This document shows, in pieces, positions 13,283 through 26,686 of a DNA stretch of 64,000 nucleotides. Made by a program: the position numbers and the translations under genes. Numbering within the stretch: the first letter of the stretch is position 1; each line of letters opens with the position of its first letter. Origin of the DNA: Felis catus (taxonomy: Eukaryota); the NCBI RefSeq assembly GCF_018350175.1, contig NC_058382.1, positions 50,160,001 to 50,224,000 of the forward strand, in the 5' to 3' direction. The notes under the pieces were generated by a model. That model saw nothing but the letters and a program-made list of their open reading frames with translations, was not told the origin of the DNA and did no database searches.

Positions 13283-14289
13283 GTGCCTTTTCTTCTTTAA
13301 ATTGGTTAAGCCAAGCCATAAAGTCCCAGACTCTGCCATCCATCTCCTGTTTGCTAGGATGCATGGACTCATTCACGCTATCACATACAAGTCACACCTA
13401 CCCTTCCTGTCCACCTCAAATTCACATGCTTAAGTTCAAGAATAGTGCATTCATGAAATAGAGTGCCTTCCATTTCATTATCATTCCCCAAACATCAACT
13501 CCCCCAAATCGACATAACATTACACACTTTTCCAAGGACAAAATTTGTAAGTATCTGTGAGTTTTTTTAACTCAGTTTAGCAGAGTATGCTCAATATGTC
13601 CTGTGAGGTATGGCATGTAAATGACAACATAACAACAGTTGTTACTGATTAGTATATCCTTTGTATTGATGATAGCTGCTTTGGACTGAATCCCTGTTAC
13701 ATGACACACACAGATTTATGCTGAAGCTAATACTCAGAGTAATCCTGGGAGGCCTTTGGTATCACTACAGATTAGGAAACACAGAGTAGGGCAAGCAAAC
13801 CATCTGCAGACCTGGGATTCCCACTCAGGGATGCCTGATGTTGCCATCAATGCCTTATTTACTAGGGCACCTACTATTAACACCATTTTAAAAAGTCAAT
13901 AGATTAGCCACACTTGATTTTAACCTGGTGGTTGTTGTTTTTATTAATTTGTTTGTTGATTGTTTTTAATACCAACAGCCACCATTAATACAGTATAAAG
14001 CTATCATGGACAAGTATTCAGTACAGAAGTTGTGGGGACTATGCATGTACTAAGGAATAAAAGATGGGCACAATTCCATTTACTCACCTGTAAGTAGTAC
14101 AGTTTTAATATTGTTTCCCCCCCCCCCATAAAAAAGCTTAAAATTTAATTAGGGAAACAAGACATAAACACATAAAATCAAAGCCATTTACAAAAGTAGA
14201 ATATAAGGCTTAGATTGCGGCAGCATTAATTACTCCGTACGCCCAGTGCCCGCTCTGCAGAATGTGAAAAGCTACCTGTGTTCCCTCTT

Positions 14290-14581
14290 TAAAACATTTG
14301 CTGAAGTCTAATATACGTACAGAAAAGGGCACATACTGCTCCAAGAATTTTCATAAACTGAACATACCCAGAAAATGAATACCCAGGTCAAAGAAAAGAA
14401 CATTACCAACATTCTGCAAGCTCCTCCTTTTGTTCCTTTTCAGTCATTTGTCTCCTTGGAGTGTAACCTTTATCCTGACACATAGCACCATAGATTGGTT
14501 CACCTGTTTTTATACTTTATATAAATGGAATCATGAAGTATGTATTCTGTTGTGTCTGGATTCTTTTGCTCAACATTATGT
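14290..14581 (-). mobile_element. Ancient L1ME/L1MC 3'-end fragment
   Basis: ...tttatataaatggaatcatgaagtatgtattctgttgtgtctggattcttttgctcaacattatg is typical antisense old-L1 3' end. Confidence 0.75.
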
Positions 14582-17477
14582 TCTTTTTTTTATTTTATTT
14601 TTTTAATTTAATTAAATTTTTTTTAATTAGCATATAGTGCAACAACGATTTCAGGAGTAGATTCCTTAATGCCCCTTACCCATTTAGCCCACACCCCTCC
14701 CACAACCCCTCCAGCAACCCTCTGTTTGTACTCCATATTTAAGAGTCTCTTTGTGCTTTGTCCCCCTCCCTGTTTTTATATTATTTTTGCTTCCCTTCCC
14801 TTGTGTTCGTCTGTTCTGTGTCTTCAAGTCCTCATGAGTGAAGTCATATGATATTTGTCTTTCTCTAACTCATTTCACTTAGCGTAATACCCTCTAGTTC
14901 CATCCACGTTGTTGTTGCAAATGGCAAGATTTCATTCTTTTTTGATTGCCGAGTAATACTCCATTGTGTATATATACCACATCTTCTTTATTCGTTCATA
15001 CATCGATGGACATTTGGGCTCTTTCCATTCTTTGGCTGTTGTTGATAATGCTGCTATAAACATGGGGGTGCATGTGTCCCTTCGAAACAGGACACCTGTA
15101 TCCCTCGGATAAATGCCTGGTAGTGCAATTGCTGGGTCGTAGGGTAGTTCTATTTTTAATTTTTTGAGGAACCTCCATAGCGTTTTCCAGAGTGGCCGCA
15201 CCAGCTTGCATTTGCACCAGCAATGCAAAAGAGATCCTCTTTGTCCGCATCCTCGCCAACGTCTGTTGTTGCCTGAGTTGCTAATGTAAGCCATTCTGAC
15301 AGGTGGGAGGGGGTATGTCATTGTGGTTTTGATTTGTATTTCCCTGATGATGAGTGATGCTGAGCATCTTCTCATGTGTCGGTTGGCCATCTGGATGTCT
15401 TCTTTGGATAAGTGTCTATTCGTGTCTTTTGCCCATTTCTTCACTGGATTATTTGTTTTTTTGGGTGTTGAGATTGAGAAGTTCTTTATAGATTTTGGAT
15501 ACTAACCCTTTATCTGATATGGCATTTGCAAATATCTTCTCCCATCCCATCGGTTGCCTTTTAGTTTTGCTGATTGTTTCCTTTGCTGTGCAGAAGCTTT
15601 TTATTTTGATGGGGTCCCAGTAGTTCATTTTTGCTTTTGTTTCCCTTGTCTCCAGAGACGTGTTGAGTAAGAAGTTGCTGCGGCCAAGGTCAAAGAGGGT
15701 TTTGCTTGCTTTCTCCTCGAGGATTTTGATGGCTTCCTGTCTTACACTGAGGTCTTTCACCCATTTTATTTTGTGTATGGCGTAAGAAAGTGGTCCAGGT
15801 TCCTTTTTCTGCATGTCACTGTGAAATTTTCCCCAACACCGTTTGCTGAAGAGACTGTCTTTTTTCCTTTGGATATTTCCTGCTTTGTCAAAGATGAGTT
15901 GGCCATACGTTTGTGGGTCCATTTCTGGGTTCTCTATTCTGTTCCATTGATCTGAGTGTTCTTGTGCCAGTACCATACTGTCATGATGATTACAGCTTTG
16001 TAGTGTAGCTTGAAGTCTGGGATTGTGATGCCTCCTGCTTTGGTTTTCTTTTTTAAGATTGCTTTGGGTATTTGGGGTCTTTCCTGGTTCCATACAAATT
16101 TTAGGATTATTTGTTCCAGCTCTGTGAAGAATGCTGGTGTTATTTTGATAGGGATTGCATTGAATATGTAGATTGCTTTGGGTAGTATCGACATTTTCAC
16201 AATATTTGTTCTTCCTATCCAGGAGCATGGAATCTTTTTCCATTTTTTTTGTGTCTTCTTAAATTTCTTTCATAAACTTTCTATAGTTTTCAGTGCATAG
16301 GTTTTTCACCTCTTTGGTTACTTATTCCTAGGTATTTTATGGTTTTTGGTGCAACTGTAAATGGGACCGATTCCTTGATTTCTCTTTTCTGTTGCTTCAT
16401 TGTTGGTGTATAGGAATGCAACTGATTTCTGTGTGTTGATTTTATATCCTGCAACTTTGCTGAATTCATGAATCAATTGCAGCAGTTTTTTGGTGGAATC
16501 ATTTTTCCATATAGAGTATCATGTCATCTGGGAAGAGTGAAAGTTTGACCTCCTCCTGGCCAATTTGGATGCCTTTTATTTCTTTGCGTTGTCTGATTGC
16601 AGAGGCTAAGACTTCCAATACTGTGTTGAATAGGAGTGGCCAGAGTGGATATCCTTGTCTTGTTCCTGACCTTAGGGGGAAAGCTGTCAGTTTTTCCCCA
16701 TTGAGGATGATATTAGTGTATTAGTGTTGGGTCTTTGGTATATGGCTTTTTTGATCTGGAGATATGATCCTTCTACCCCTACTTTCTTGAGGGTTTTTAT
16801 CAAGAAAGCATGCTGTATTTTGTCAAATGCTTTCTCTGCATCTATTGAGGGGATCATATGGTTCTTGTCCTTTCTTTTATTGATGTGATGAATCATGTTA
16901 ATTGTTTTCCGGATATTGAACCAGCCCTGAATCTCAGGTATAAATCCCACTTGGTCATGGTGAATTTTTTTTAATGTATTGTTGGATCCAGTTGGCTAAT
17001 ATCTTGTTGAGGATTTTTGTGTCCATGTTCATCAGGGAAATTGGTATAGTTCTCCTTTTTAGTGGGGCCTCTGTCTGGTTTTGGAATCAAGGTAATGCTG
17101 GCTTCATAGAAAGAGTTTGGAAGTTTTCATTGCATTTCTATTTTTTGGAATAGCTTCAAGAGAATAGGTGTTAACTCTTCCTTAAATGTTTGGTAGAATT
17201 CCCCTGGAAAACCATCTGGCCCTGGACTCTTGTTTTTTTGGGAGATGTTTGATTACTAATTCGATTTCCTTACTGGTTATGGGTCTGTTCAAATTTTCTT
17301 TTTCTTCCTGTTTTGGTTTGGTAGTGTATATGTTTCTAGGAATTTGTCTATTCCAGATTGCCCATTTTATTAGCATATAATTGCTCATAATATTCTCTTA
17401 TTATTGTTTTTATTCCTGCTGTGTTGGTTGTGATCTCTCTTTCATTCTTGATTTTATTTTTTTGGGTCCTTTCCTTT

Positions 17478-17479
<2 letters not shown>

Positions 17480-17510
<31 letters not shown>

Positions 17511-17764
17511 TTTTATTTTTTATTTTTATTTTTATTTTTTTTTTTTAATTTTTTTTTTCAACGTTTTTTACTTATTTTTGGGACAGAGAGAGACAGAGCA
17601 TGAATGGGGGAGGGGCAGAGAGAGAGGGAGACACAGAATTGGAAACAGGCTCCAGGCTCCGAGCCATCAGCCCAGAGCCCGATGCGGGGCTCGAACTCAC
17701 GGACTGCGAGATCGTGACCTGGCTGAAGTCGGACGCTTAACCGACTGCGCCACCCAGGCGCCCC
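17480..17764 (-). mobile_element. Young Can-SINE with very long T-rich tail, inside L1 B
   Basis: Near-consensus SINE; tccttttc/tcctttttc repeated on both flanks. Confidence 0.96.
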
Positions 17765-17930
17765 TCCTTTTTCTTTTTGATCACACTGGCTAGTGGTTTA
17801 TCAATTTTGTTAATTCTTTCAAAGAACCAGCTTCTGGTTTCATTGATCTGTTCTGTTTTTTTTTGGTTTCAATAGCATTAATTTCTGCTCTAATCTTTAT
17901 TATTTCCTGTCTTCTCCTGGTTTTGGGTTT

Positions 17931-18158
17931 TTTTAAAAAAAAATTTTTTTTCAACGTTTATTTATTTTTTTTGGGGACAGAGAGAGACAGAGCATGAACG
18001 GGGGAGGGGCAGAGAGAGAGGGAGACACAGAATCGGAAACAGGCTCCAGGTTCTGAGCCATCAGCCCAGAGCCTGACGCGGGGCTCGAACTCACGGACTG
18101 CGAGATCGTGACCTGGCTGAAGTCGGACGCTTAACCGACTGTGCCACCCAGGCGCCCC
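17931..18158 (-). mobile_element. Young Can-SINE inside L1 B
   Basis: TSD ctggttttgggtttt on both sides. Confidence 0.96.
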
Positions 18159-19845
18159 CTGGTTTTGGGTTTTATTTGCTGTTCTTTTTCCAGCTCTTTA
18201 AGGTGTAAAGTTAGGTTGTGTGTCTGAGATCTTTCTTCCTTTTTTAGGAAGGCCTGGATTGCTATATACTTTCCTCTTAAGACCACCTTTGCTGCATCCC
18301 AGAGGTTTTGGGTTGTGGTGTTATCATTTTCATTGACTTCCATATACTTTTTAATTTCCTCTTTCAATGCTTGGTTAGCCCATTCATTCTTTAGTACGAT
18401 GATCTTCAGTCTTCCAAGGATTTGTTACCTTTCCAAATATTTCTTTATGGTTGATTTCGAGTTTCATAGCGTTGTGTTCTGAAAATGTGCATGGTATGAT
18501 CTGGATCTTTTTGTACTTACTTAGGGCTGATTTGTGTCCCAGTATGTGATCTATTCTGGAGAACTTTCCATGTGCACTGGAGAAGAATGTATATTCTGCT
18601 TTAGGATGAAATATTCTGAATATATCTGTTAAGTCCATCTGGTCCAGTGTGTCATGTAAAGCCATTGTTTCCTTGTTGATTTTTTGATTAGATGATCTGT
18701 CCTTTGCTGTGTGTAGGGCGTTGAAGTCTCCTACTATTATGGTATTACTATCGATGATTTAGTTTATGTGTGTGATTAATTAATTTATATATTTGGTCCT
18801 CCCACATTTGGCGCATAAATGTTTACAGTTGTTAGGTCTTCTTGGTCTATAGACCCCTTGATTATGATACAATGCCCTTCTGCATCTCTTGATACAGTCT
18901 TTATTTTAAAGTCTAGATTGTCTGATGTAAGTATGGCTACTCCAGCTTTCTTTTGTTGACCATTAGCATGATAGATGGTTCTCCATCCCCTTATTTTCAA
19001 TCTGAACGTGTCTTTAGGTCTCAGGTGGGTCTCTTGTAAACAGCGTATAGATGGATCTTGTTTTCTGATCCATTCTGTTACCCTGTGTTGTTTGGAACAT
19101 TGAGTCCATTGACATTTAGAGTGAGTACTGAAAGATATGAATTTATTGCCATTATGTTGCTTGTAGAGTTGGAGTTTCTAGTGGTGTTTTCTGGTCCTTT
19201 CTAATCTTTGTTGCTTTTGGTATTTATTTATTTATTTACATATTTTATACACACACACACAAACACACACACATACATATATACATTTCATCTTTTCTCC
19301 TCTATGAGAGTCCCCCTTAAAATTTCTTGCAGGGCTGTTTTAGTGGTCACAAACTCCTTTAATTTTTGTCTGTCTGGGAAACTTTTTATCTCTCTTTCTA
19401 TTTTGAATGACAGCCTTGCTGGATAAAGAATTCTTGGCTGCATATTTTTCTGATTCAGCACACTGAATATATCCTGCCACTCCTTTCTGGCCTGCCAGGT
19501 TTCTGTGGCTAGGTCTGCTACAAACCTGATCTGTCTTCCCTTGTAGGTTAGGGATTTTTTTTTTCCCTTGCTGCTTTCATGATTGTCTCCTTGCCTGAGT
19601 ATTTTGTGAATTTGACTATGATACGCCTTGTTTAGGATCAGTTTTTGTTGAATCTAATGGGGGTCCTCTGTGCTTCCTGGATTTTGATGTCTGTGTCTTT
19701 CTCCAGGTTAAGAAAGTTTTCCGCTATGATTTGCTCACATAACCAACCCTTCTACCCCTATATCTCTCTCTTCCTCTTCTGGCACCCCTATGATTCTGAT
19801 GGTGTTCATTTTTAATGAAGGACTCTTATTTCTTGGCCCAATTTA

Positions 19846-20651
19846 TTTATTTTTATTTTTATTTTTTTTTAGAATTTTACATTTATTTGCTTTATTTTTA
19901 TTGTAGGATATTTATTTTTATTTATTTATTTAATTTTTATTTAATTTAATTTAATTTTTTCAATATATGAAATTTATTGTCAAATTGGTTTCCATACAAC
20001 ACCCAGTGCTCATCCCAAAAGGTGCCCTCCTCAATACCCATCACCCACCCTCCCCTCCCTCCCACCCCCCATCAACCCTCAGTTCTCAGTTTTTAAGTCT
20101 CTTATGCTTTGGCTCTCTCCCACTCTAACCTCCTTTTTTTTTTTTTTTCCTTCCCCTCCCCCATGGGTTTCTGTTAAGTTTCTCAGGATCCACGTAAGAG
20201 TGAAAACATATGGTATCTGTCTTTCTCTGTATGGCTTATTTCACTTAGCATCACATTCTCCAGTTCCGTCCATGTTGCTACAAAGGGCCATATTTCATTC
20301 TTTCTCATTGCCACGTAGTACTCCATTGTGTATATAAACCACAATTTCTTTATCCATTCATCAGTTGATGGACATTTAGGCTCTTTCCATAATTTGGCTA
20401 TTGTTGAGAGTGCTGCTATAAACATTGGGGTCCAAGTACCCCTATGCATCAGTACTCCTGTATCCCTTGGGTAAATTCCTAGCAATGCTACTGCTGGGTC
20501 ATAGGGTAGGTCTATTTTTAATTTTGTGAGGAACCTCCACACTGTTTTCCAGAGTGGCTGCACCAATTTGCATTCCCACCAACAGTGCAAGAGGGTTCCC
20601 ATTTCTCCACATCCTCTCCAGCATCTATAGTCTCCTGATTTGTTCATTTTG
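19846..20651 (-). mobile_element. 5'-truncated L1_Fc-type 3' end
   Basis: ORF2 end (...SEISHTEKDRYHMFSLL), 3'UTR, long AT-rich tail; TSD tcttggccca(a/c)ttta at 19831-19845 and 20652-20666. Confidence 0.96.
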
Positions 20652-22374
20652 TCTTGGCCCACTTTAAATTGAACTTTTTCTTTCCCTTTAGAGATAGTAG
20701 AGTAACCATAACAAAATGATTGTAAACATATGGTGTGTGTTAATGTGATCATTTGCTTCCTCATTATGGATTTAGTATGACCATTAACATCTAACTGCCT
20801 AATTTCCCAATAACCATTGAAAAATTAGAGCTGCATCATTGCCACCTATTATTCACCATAATAATTTCATTTCTGAAGGCATTTAATCTTTGTAAAATTA
20901 TGCACATCATTTGCCTTTTGTATTATTTTGACTTTTGGCCTATATTGACATGATTTACTTGTGTTTTATGTACCTGTATAAAATAAAAATTACACACTTA
21001 ACAGTCTTTTATAAAAAAGTAAATTATAGTTATATTTACTAATTTTTAGTTTTTTTTCTGTTATGTGATCAATGTTTATTTGCTCTTGGTATATCTATGT
21101 CCATATCAAAGCTTTAAAAAATACCTATATGTCTATGGTAAAATACTCATATCTTTCCATGCTTGGTTTAAATTTCTTCCATATATCTCCAAGAACAAAT
21201 GGTTCCTTTGTGCATTGTTATAATTCATTACTCAATGGGAGAAGATTCCTATGAAGGTGAAGACTTGGGTGCTTCTGGTTATAGAAGGAAATGTGATCTT
21301 TGGTGATTTTCACATTAGTGTACAAATGTTCACACTTGGATGCTTACATACAAGATCATCTATTGGTTCTCTCTGTCTCTCTCTCTGTCTCTCTCACACA
21401 CACACACACTCGTAGTCCATAAACTCACCCACACCCATGCTCAAATGCACACAGTCACATATGGTATTCACATGCTCTCGTATGCATATGTAGATATAGA
21501 TAGTTATTTAAAATGCGTTGTGAAAATTTTCTGTTTTATTTGGAACATGGAGAACTCTCATTTTTACAGTGTATTATTTTCACTAATATTAAGAGGTAAC
21601 CCTCTGAGATTTAGCTGCCTTTCATCTTGGATGTGAATAAACAGAACGATTTATGCATTTAATTTTGAAATATACTAAATGCTTCTATTAGATACCAACC
21701 CTTAATTTTTCCCTTTAGGTGTTTGATTAGTCTTAAAAGAATTTGGGACAAAAATGAATATATAAAGTTAATATTTTAATCTTTCTCTTAAAGACTTAGT
21801 CATTTACAAATTTCCAAAAGAGTTAATAGTCATCAATTAAATATATCTCCCATTAGGATTATAGCTAAATGCACAGTGATTCTACCTGATGCCTTTGTTG
21901 TTGCTGATTCTTCTTGTGTGGTAGGTTTTTATGTCATCAACTTTCACCCCACATTCTATCTAAACAAGTATATTGCATGTTCCAATCACATCCAGCCCAG
22001 GTCAACTGACCACAGCTGTGCAGGTTATCAATTAGACACCTGTATGTGGTGGCCATACCTGTGTGACCTTGTATAATCCCTTCATCTTCATTTCCAGTAG
22101 ACCAGGCCACAAATGTGTAGAAATAATATCCACTCTACCTTGGTTTCTTTGTTAAGAAGGAAGGGTCTGAGTAGGGCTAGCAAACCACAATGAGTAGTGC
22201 TGCGATGTTTTACCATGTTTTGCATCCAGGCAGCTGAAACTTGGGCCGAAGGAAAGAAACATAAAACATGTTTTCTTCATGAAAACAACCTATTCTGCAA
22301 ATCTGCATTTGGGTATTTTGGAACTTGAACTTTAAGTAACCCTAAATCAAATTTGTCAGTCTGCCTTTCCCTGA

Positions 22375-22511
22375 ATATCCTTTTACAGATGAGAATATCG
22401 AAGTCCCCAGAAGGAAGACAACTTGCCTAAGATCACAAAAATAGTTTATGTCCAGGCCAAGACCATAATAAAAAATCTTCTAGATCCTAGTCCACAGTGT
22501 CTTCCTTCACT
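22375..22511. mobile_element. MIR relic
   Basis: ttttacagatgagaatatcgaag...acttgcctaagatcaca core. Confidence 0.65.
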
Positions 22512-22733
22512 CCTTAAGGATTCGTCATCACCCGTTACCTGGGTGATTTCTTGCTATTGCTTCTCTTTCACCAAGTGGTGACTGCCTAAATAGGGTGAAT
22601 TCTAGCATGCACGTTCTATAGAACCTGTAATTTCCATTCCTCCAAACTCTGGGTCCATGTTTATTAGCTTGTGTCTGACTGTGAGTTTTCAATACCCAGG
22701 TCAGAAGGAATATGTATCAGATTTCTATTTTTA

Positions 22734-23100
22734 CTATTATTATTTAAAGATTTTATTTTTATTTTTATTTTTTTTATTAAAAAATTTTTTTTTTCAACGT
22801 TTATTTATTTTTGGGACAGAGAGAGACAGAGCATGAACGGGGGAGGGGCAGAGAGAGAGGGAGACACAGAATCGGAAACAGGCTCCAGGCTCTGAGCCAT
22901 CAGCCCAGAGCCTGACGCGGGGCTCGAACTCACGGACCGCGAGATCGTGACCTGGCTGAAGTCAGATGCTTAACCGACTGCGCCATCCAGGCACCCCAAA
23001 AGATTTTATTTTTAAATAATCAAACCCACTGTAGGGCTCAAACTCAAAACTCTGAGATCAAGAGTCCTATGCTCTGCTGACTGAGGCAGCCAGGTGCCCC
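22734..23100 (-). mobile_element. Older short Can-SINE with a young SINE (22762-22997) nested in its tail
   Basis: Outer TSD cagatttctattttta at 22718-22733 and 23101-23116; inner TSD aaagattttattttta at 22746-22761 and 22999-23014. Confidence 0.93.
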
Positions 23101-26100
23101 CAGATTTCTATTTTTAATTACTGATGATTCAAATAGCGTTTGAAATTCTGTCCAGAAGCTCTTCAGTTGCCCTAGTTTAAATTGTGAAAAGTAAACATCA
23201 TGGAAAGGACTCTTCCAGTTTCAAAGTATGCAAATGCTAATATTGACCCCAAATACATGTGAGCTAAGAACCTGGTTCACATTGTATATTTAACTCCCTG
23301 CAGACTTTTTAGAAGGGATTGTATGTTCAATGATTTTTATAATTGGCATGAACTTGATAAGTAGCTGTATTGGGTTATGCTGGTTAGAGACTTTAGGCAA
23401 AAGGGTTATTTGAGCAGATGATAACATCCACAGTAAGGATGTTGTCAACCTTGTTAACTGACTGGAATTCATCCTATTTAGTGGTAGAGCAATGAAGTAG
23501 CCTTGATTTGATCTGTTGTTATGCTTGCAGATTCGTTGCTTACAGGTACAGATGATGTTTGGTGATTTGGAAGGTTTTTATGAAGATTTGTATAATGTGA
23601 AGTTGACAATTAATACTCATTATTCAGAGTAGGACTTCTGGCTTTTAATTGTACAGGTAACTGTTTTTATACCTGTTTTATTTTTCCTTCTATTTTTGCC
23701 AGGTACATTGTAGGATGTGGGAGGGAGGTAGAAAAATTCCCGAGTTCAAACACAATTTCTAGGGAGTTGCTTCCTTTCCTGTGAATTTACTGTTAATCCT
23801 TAGCCATAATCTCTTCAATTGAATACCCAACACCATTCTCCTAGCTGAAAAATGCCAAATACCATTTCAAAGTGATTAAAAACCTGGTGATAAAAAATTT
23901 TCCAATAATGCTTTCACTTTATGACTATTTCCTTGGATGATTTCCTAAAGATGAAGAAGCAATAATAATGTGTGGACATTTAATATTAAGTATTTAGAGA
24001 CTTTAATAATTTGAGATTAATATTTATAAAACTTTTATGGGTAACAGTAACATTTAATGAAACTATCTCATTACATTAGTATTATTAGATTGACTGATAT
24101 AATTGTAAGATATAAATTATGCATTTTTCTCATTGATCCTTGACAAGTTTTTATATGGAAACATGACTGATGGGATGGATATTTGTAGGCTTTGGAATTG
24201 TTCCAATATGAGATTTAATAGAGGTTTTGGGACTTGTTAGCAGTGAGAGCTTCAGAAAGTTAATTGTACTCTGAAGCTCTTCCTTACTTAGTAAACGACC
24301 ATGGTAATTTCTGACTTGCCTGATATTTTAAGGTATTAATAATACATGGTATAAGTGCCTAGCATAATGGTTTGAGTGTAGTGATAATAGTGAAAAATAA
24401 TAGTAACAATAAGGTAATCACTATAAGAAACAGGCTACATACAATAAGAAGCAGCTAATGTTGACCTTTAAGAAATTATTCTATTTCCAAAATCTCCAAG
24501 TATTTTTATTTACCATCTCTCAGTAAAAACCAAGGTGTTTAAATAAGAGTTGCTTTATATTCTGGGAATTAAGATGAGACAAGAGATGAAATTGAATTCA
24601 AACAAAAGGCCTAATGAGTGTTTCTTGAAACCTTTGTAAAAATTGCACAGTTAATAAGGTGGCTTAATTTCATTGCTGGAGGCGCCGATGCATATTTCAT
24701 TCATTTTAAGTGTTTCCTTTTTCAGAGCCAGAATGAAAATATAATAATTGCGTAGTCCATGATTAGCCAGCTGCTTAGCAATTCTTTGTCCTGTTGAGTA
24801 TTTTCTGCTGGATCTTTGTGCTAGCAACGGATAGCAAGTAGACAGTGTTAGTTGAGCACAGACAATATATTTTTGTTTTGACATAATTGCTGCCTCTTTA
24901 ATGGAATATTAGGGCTATTGGCAGTGTTTGACTACCTGTGTGTTTACAAAAACTGAAGATGACAAAAAGTCATATCCACAATACAGAGTTACCCTTTTCA
25001 TGAAGATGCAGCCGATTTCACCAAATTGAATTTGTAACTCTCTCTCTCTCTCTCTCTCTCATGCTTTAAACCTGAAGCCTTTGTTTAGGGAGGATCAATG
25101 GACGCTTATCAGAAATCTCTGCCTCTGTGCCAAGTTCTTTACCCACACAGCGAGTGCCTGTAAATAGAGCGTCAGTCACAGGGCCTCACATCCACCTTCT
25201 CCTGCCCCACCGTCAAAAGAGCAACAGCAACTATCAGGGAGAGGAATATTCTACAAAGAGATTGGGACTGTATTTAACAATGTAGCCCAGGACTGACAGT
25301 CATCACAGCCAGTGAAGAGCATCCTAGGCACCTGGGAGCACGATCATTCTTTCTCAGGAGTGTCGGGCTGGAAAATTGCCCTGGACATCATGCTTGTCCC
25401 TGAGAGAAGGCAAACTTTTAAACTAGGTGACTGGGGAAGAAGGATTGTTTTAGTTTGGTTCCCTACTTTTTCATTGTTGACAGACTAGTCTTTCATGATT
25501 GAGAGATGAGCTAAATTACTCCATGATACTGCTGCCTCAGCATCCATTTTGTGTGGCTATGTGACTTGCAGGGGCCTTGAGCTGACTAGTCCCTCCCCCA
25601 GCATGTGCCCTAGATAACAGCCTGCAGCGTCACAAATAAATTGAAATTCCTAATATGACTCCCCCCAGTGCCCTCTTCCACCTCCCAGGGCCCCCGATGA
25701 AGCTTACCAAAACCCTGCTCTTTTTGGCTAGAATTGACCAGGCTGGCCTAAGCCCGGGAACCCCAGAACACTCCGCTTACGGAGTCATGACAGCTTTTCC
25801 TCAACATTGATTTAATCATCATTTCTTCTGTTGAGTGTCAAGTGAATTTTTGACTTGTGTTTTGGCATCATGCTATGTGAAGAATATGTATATGTAACCC
25901 TAGAATCCTGTCTAGTGAGCTGAGATATTCACAACATTGGGGACACACTAAAGAAACAGCAGATTTTGTGGCTGGGGTCACACTCATATTGTGGCATATG
26001 CTCATTTAAAGCAGTGAAGACTGGATTGTCAACACTTGCTCCTTGTTCTCTTCTTCTCTCTAAACAGCTCACTTGAATCTGCATAAGCCAAACGTGACAA

Positions 26101-26463
26101 ATGACAACATCCCAGTGTTCTTTTGTACAGCTCAAGCCTTATTCTAAACATTTCCCATGGCTGTTTGTGGCATTTCGAGCCAACAGTGATAATAATGACC
26201 ACCATTTATTGAGTATTGACTAAGTATGTGAGGTATAATGCTAAGTGTCTTACATTGTAGTTTCTTTGGGTCTACACTACAACTTTATGAGTTCTGCACT
26301 CTTAGTCCCATGTCCTGTATATATGTACGTGTGTGTGTGTGTGTAAAGAATATTTTAATCAAAACAAAACACTAAGCAAGCAACATTACCTGCCTACTTT
26401 TACTCCTGTGTGCATACATGTATGTTGTATGTCTTACGTGCCAACTGGCTTACAGACAATAGC

Positions 26464-26686
26464 TTTTTTTTTTTTTTAACGTTTTTTTAATTTATTTTTG
26501 AGACAGAGAGAGACAGAGCATGAATGGGGGAGGGACAGAGAGAGAGGGAGACACAGAATTGGAAGCAGGCTCCAGGCTCTGAGCCATCAGCCCAGAGCCC
26601 GACGCGGGGCTCGAACTCACCGACTGCGAGATCATGACCTGAGCTGAAGTCGGACGCTTAACCGACTGAGCCACCCAGGCGCCCCC
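26464..26686 (-). mobile_element. Young Can-SINE
   Basis: SINE structure; atagcttttt repeated on both flanks. Confidence 0.96.

Larger units (their letters stand above)
14582..19817 (-). mobile_element. L1 (copy B), about 5 kb, truncated in ORF1, with two SINE insertions
   Basis: Fragmented EN (RGWRTIYHANGQQKKAGVAIL, FSSAHGKFSRIDHILGHK), RT (GWFNIRK...[12 protein letters not shown]) and C-terminal ORF2 peptides; poly-T at 14582. Confidence 0.97.

Noticed and set aside
8591..20764. Many 70-264 aa ORFs with endonuclease, RT or cysteine-rich motifs
   Set aside because: All are frameshifted L1 ORF2 fragments or their antisense frames; there is no intact ORF2 and no host gene.
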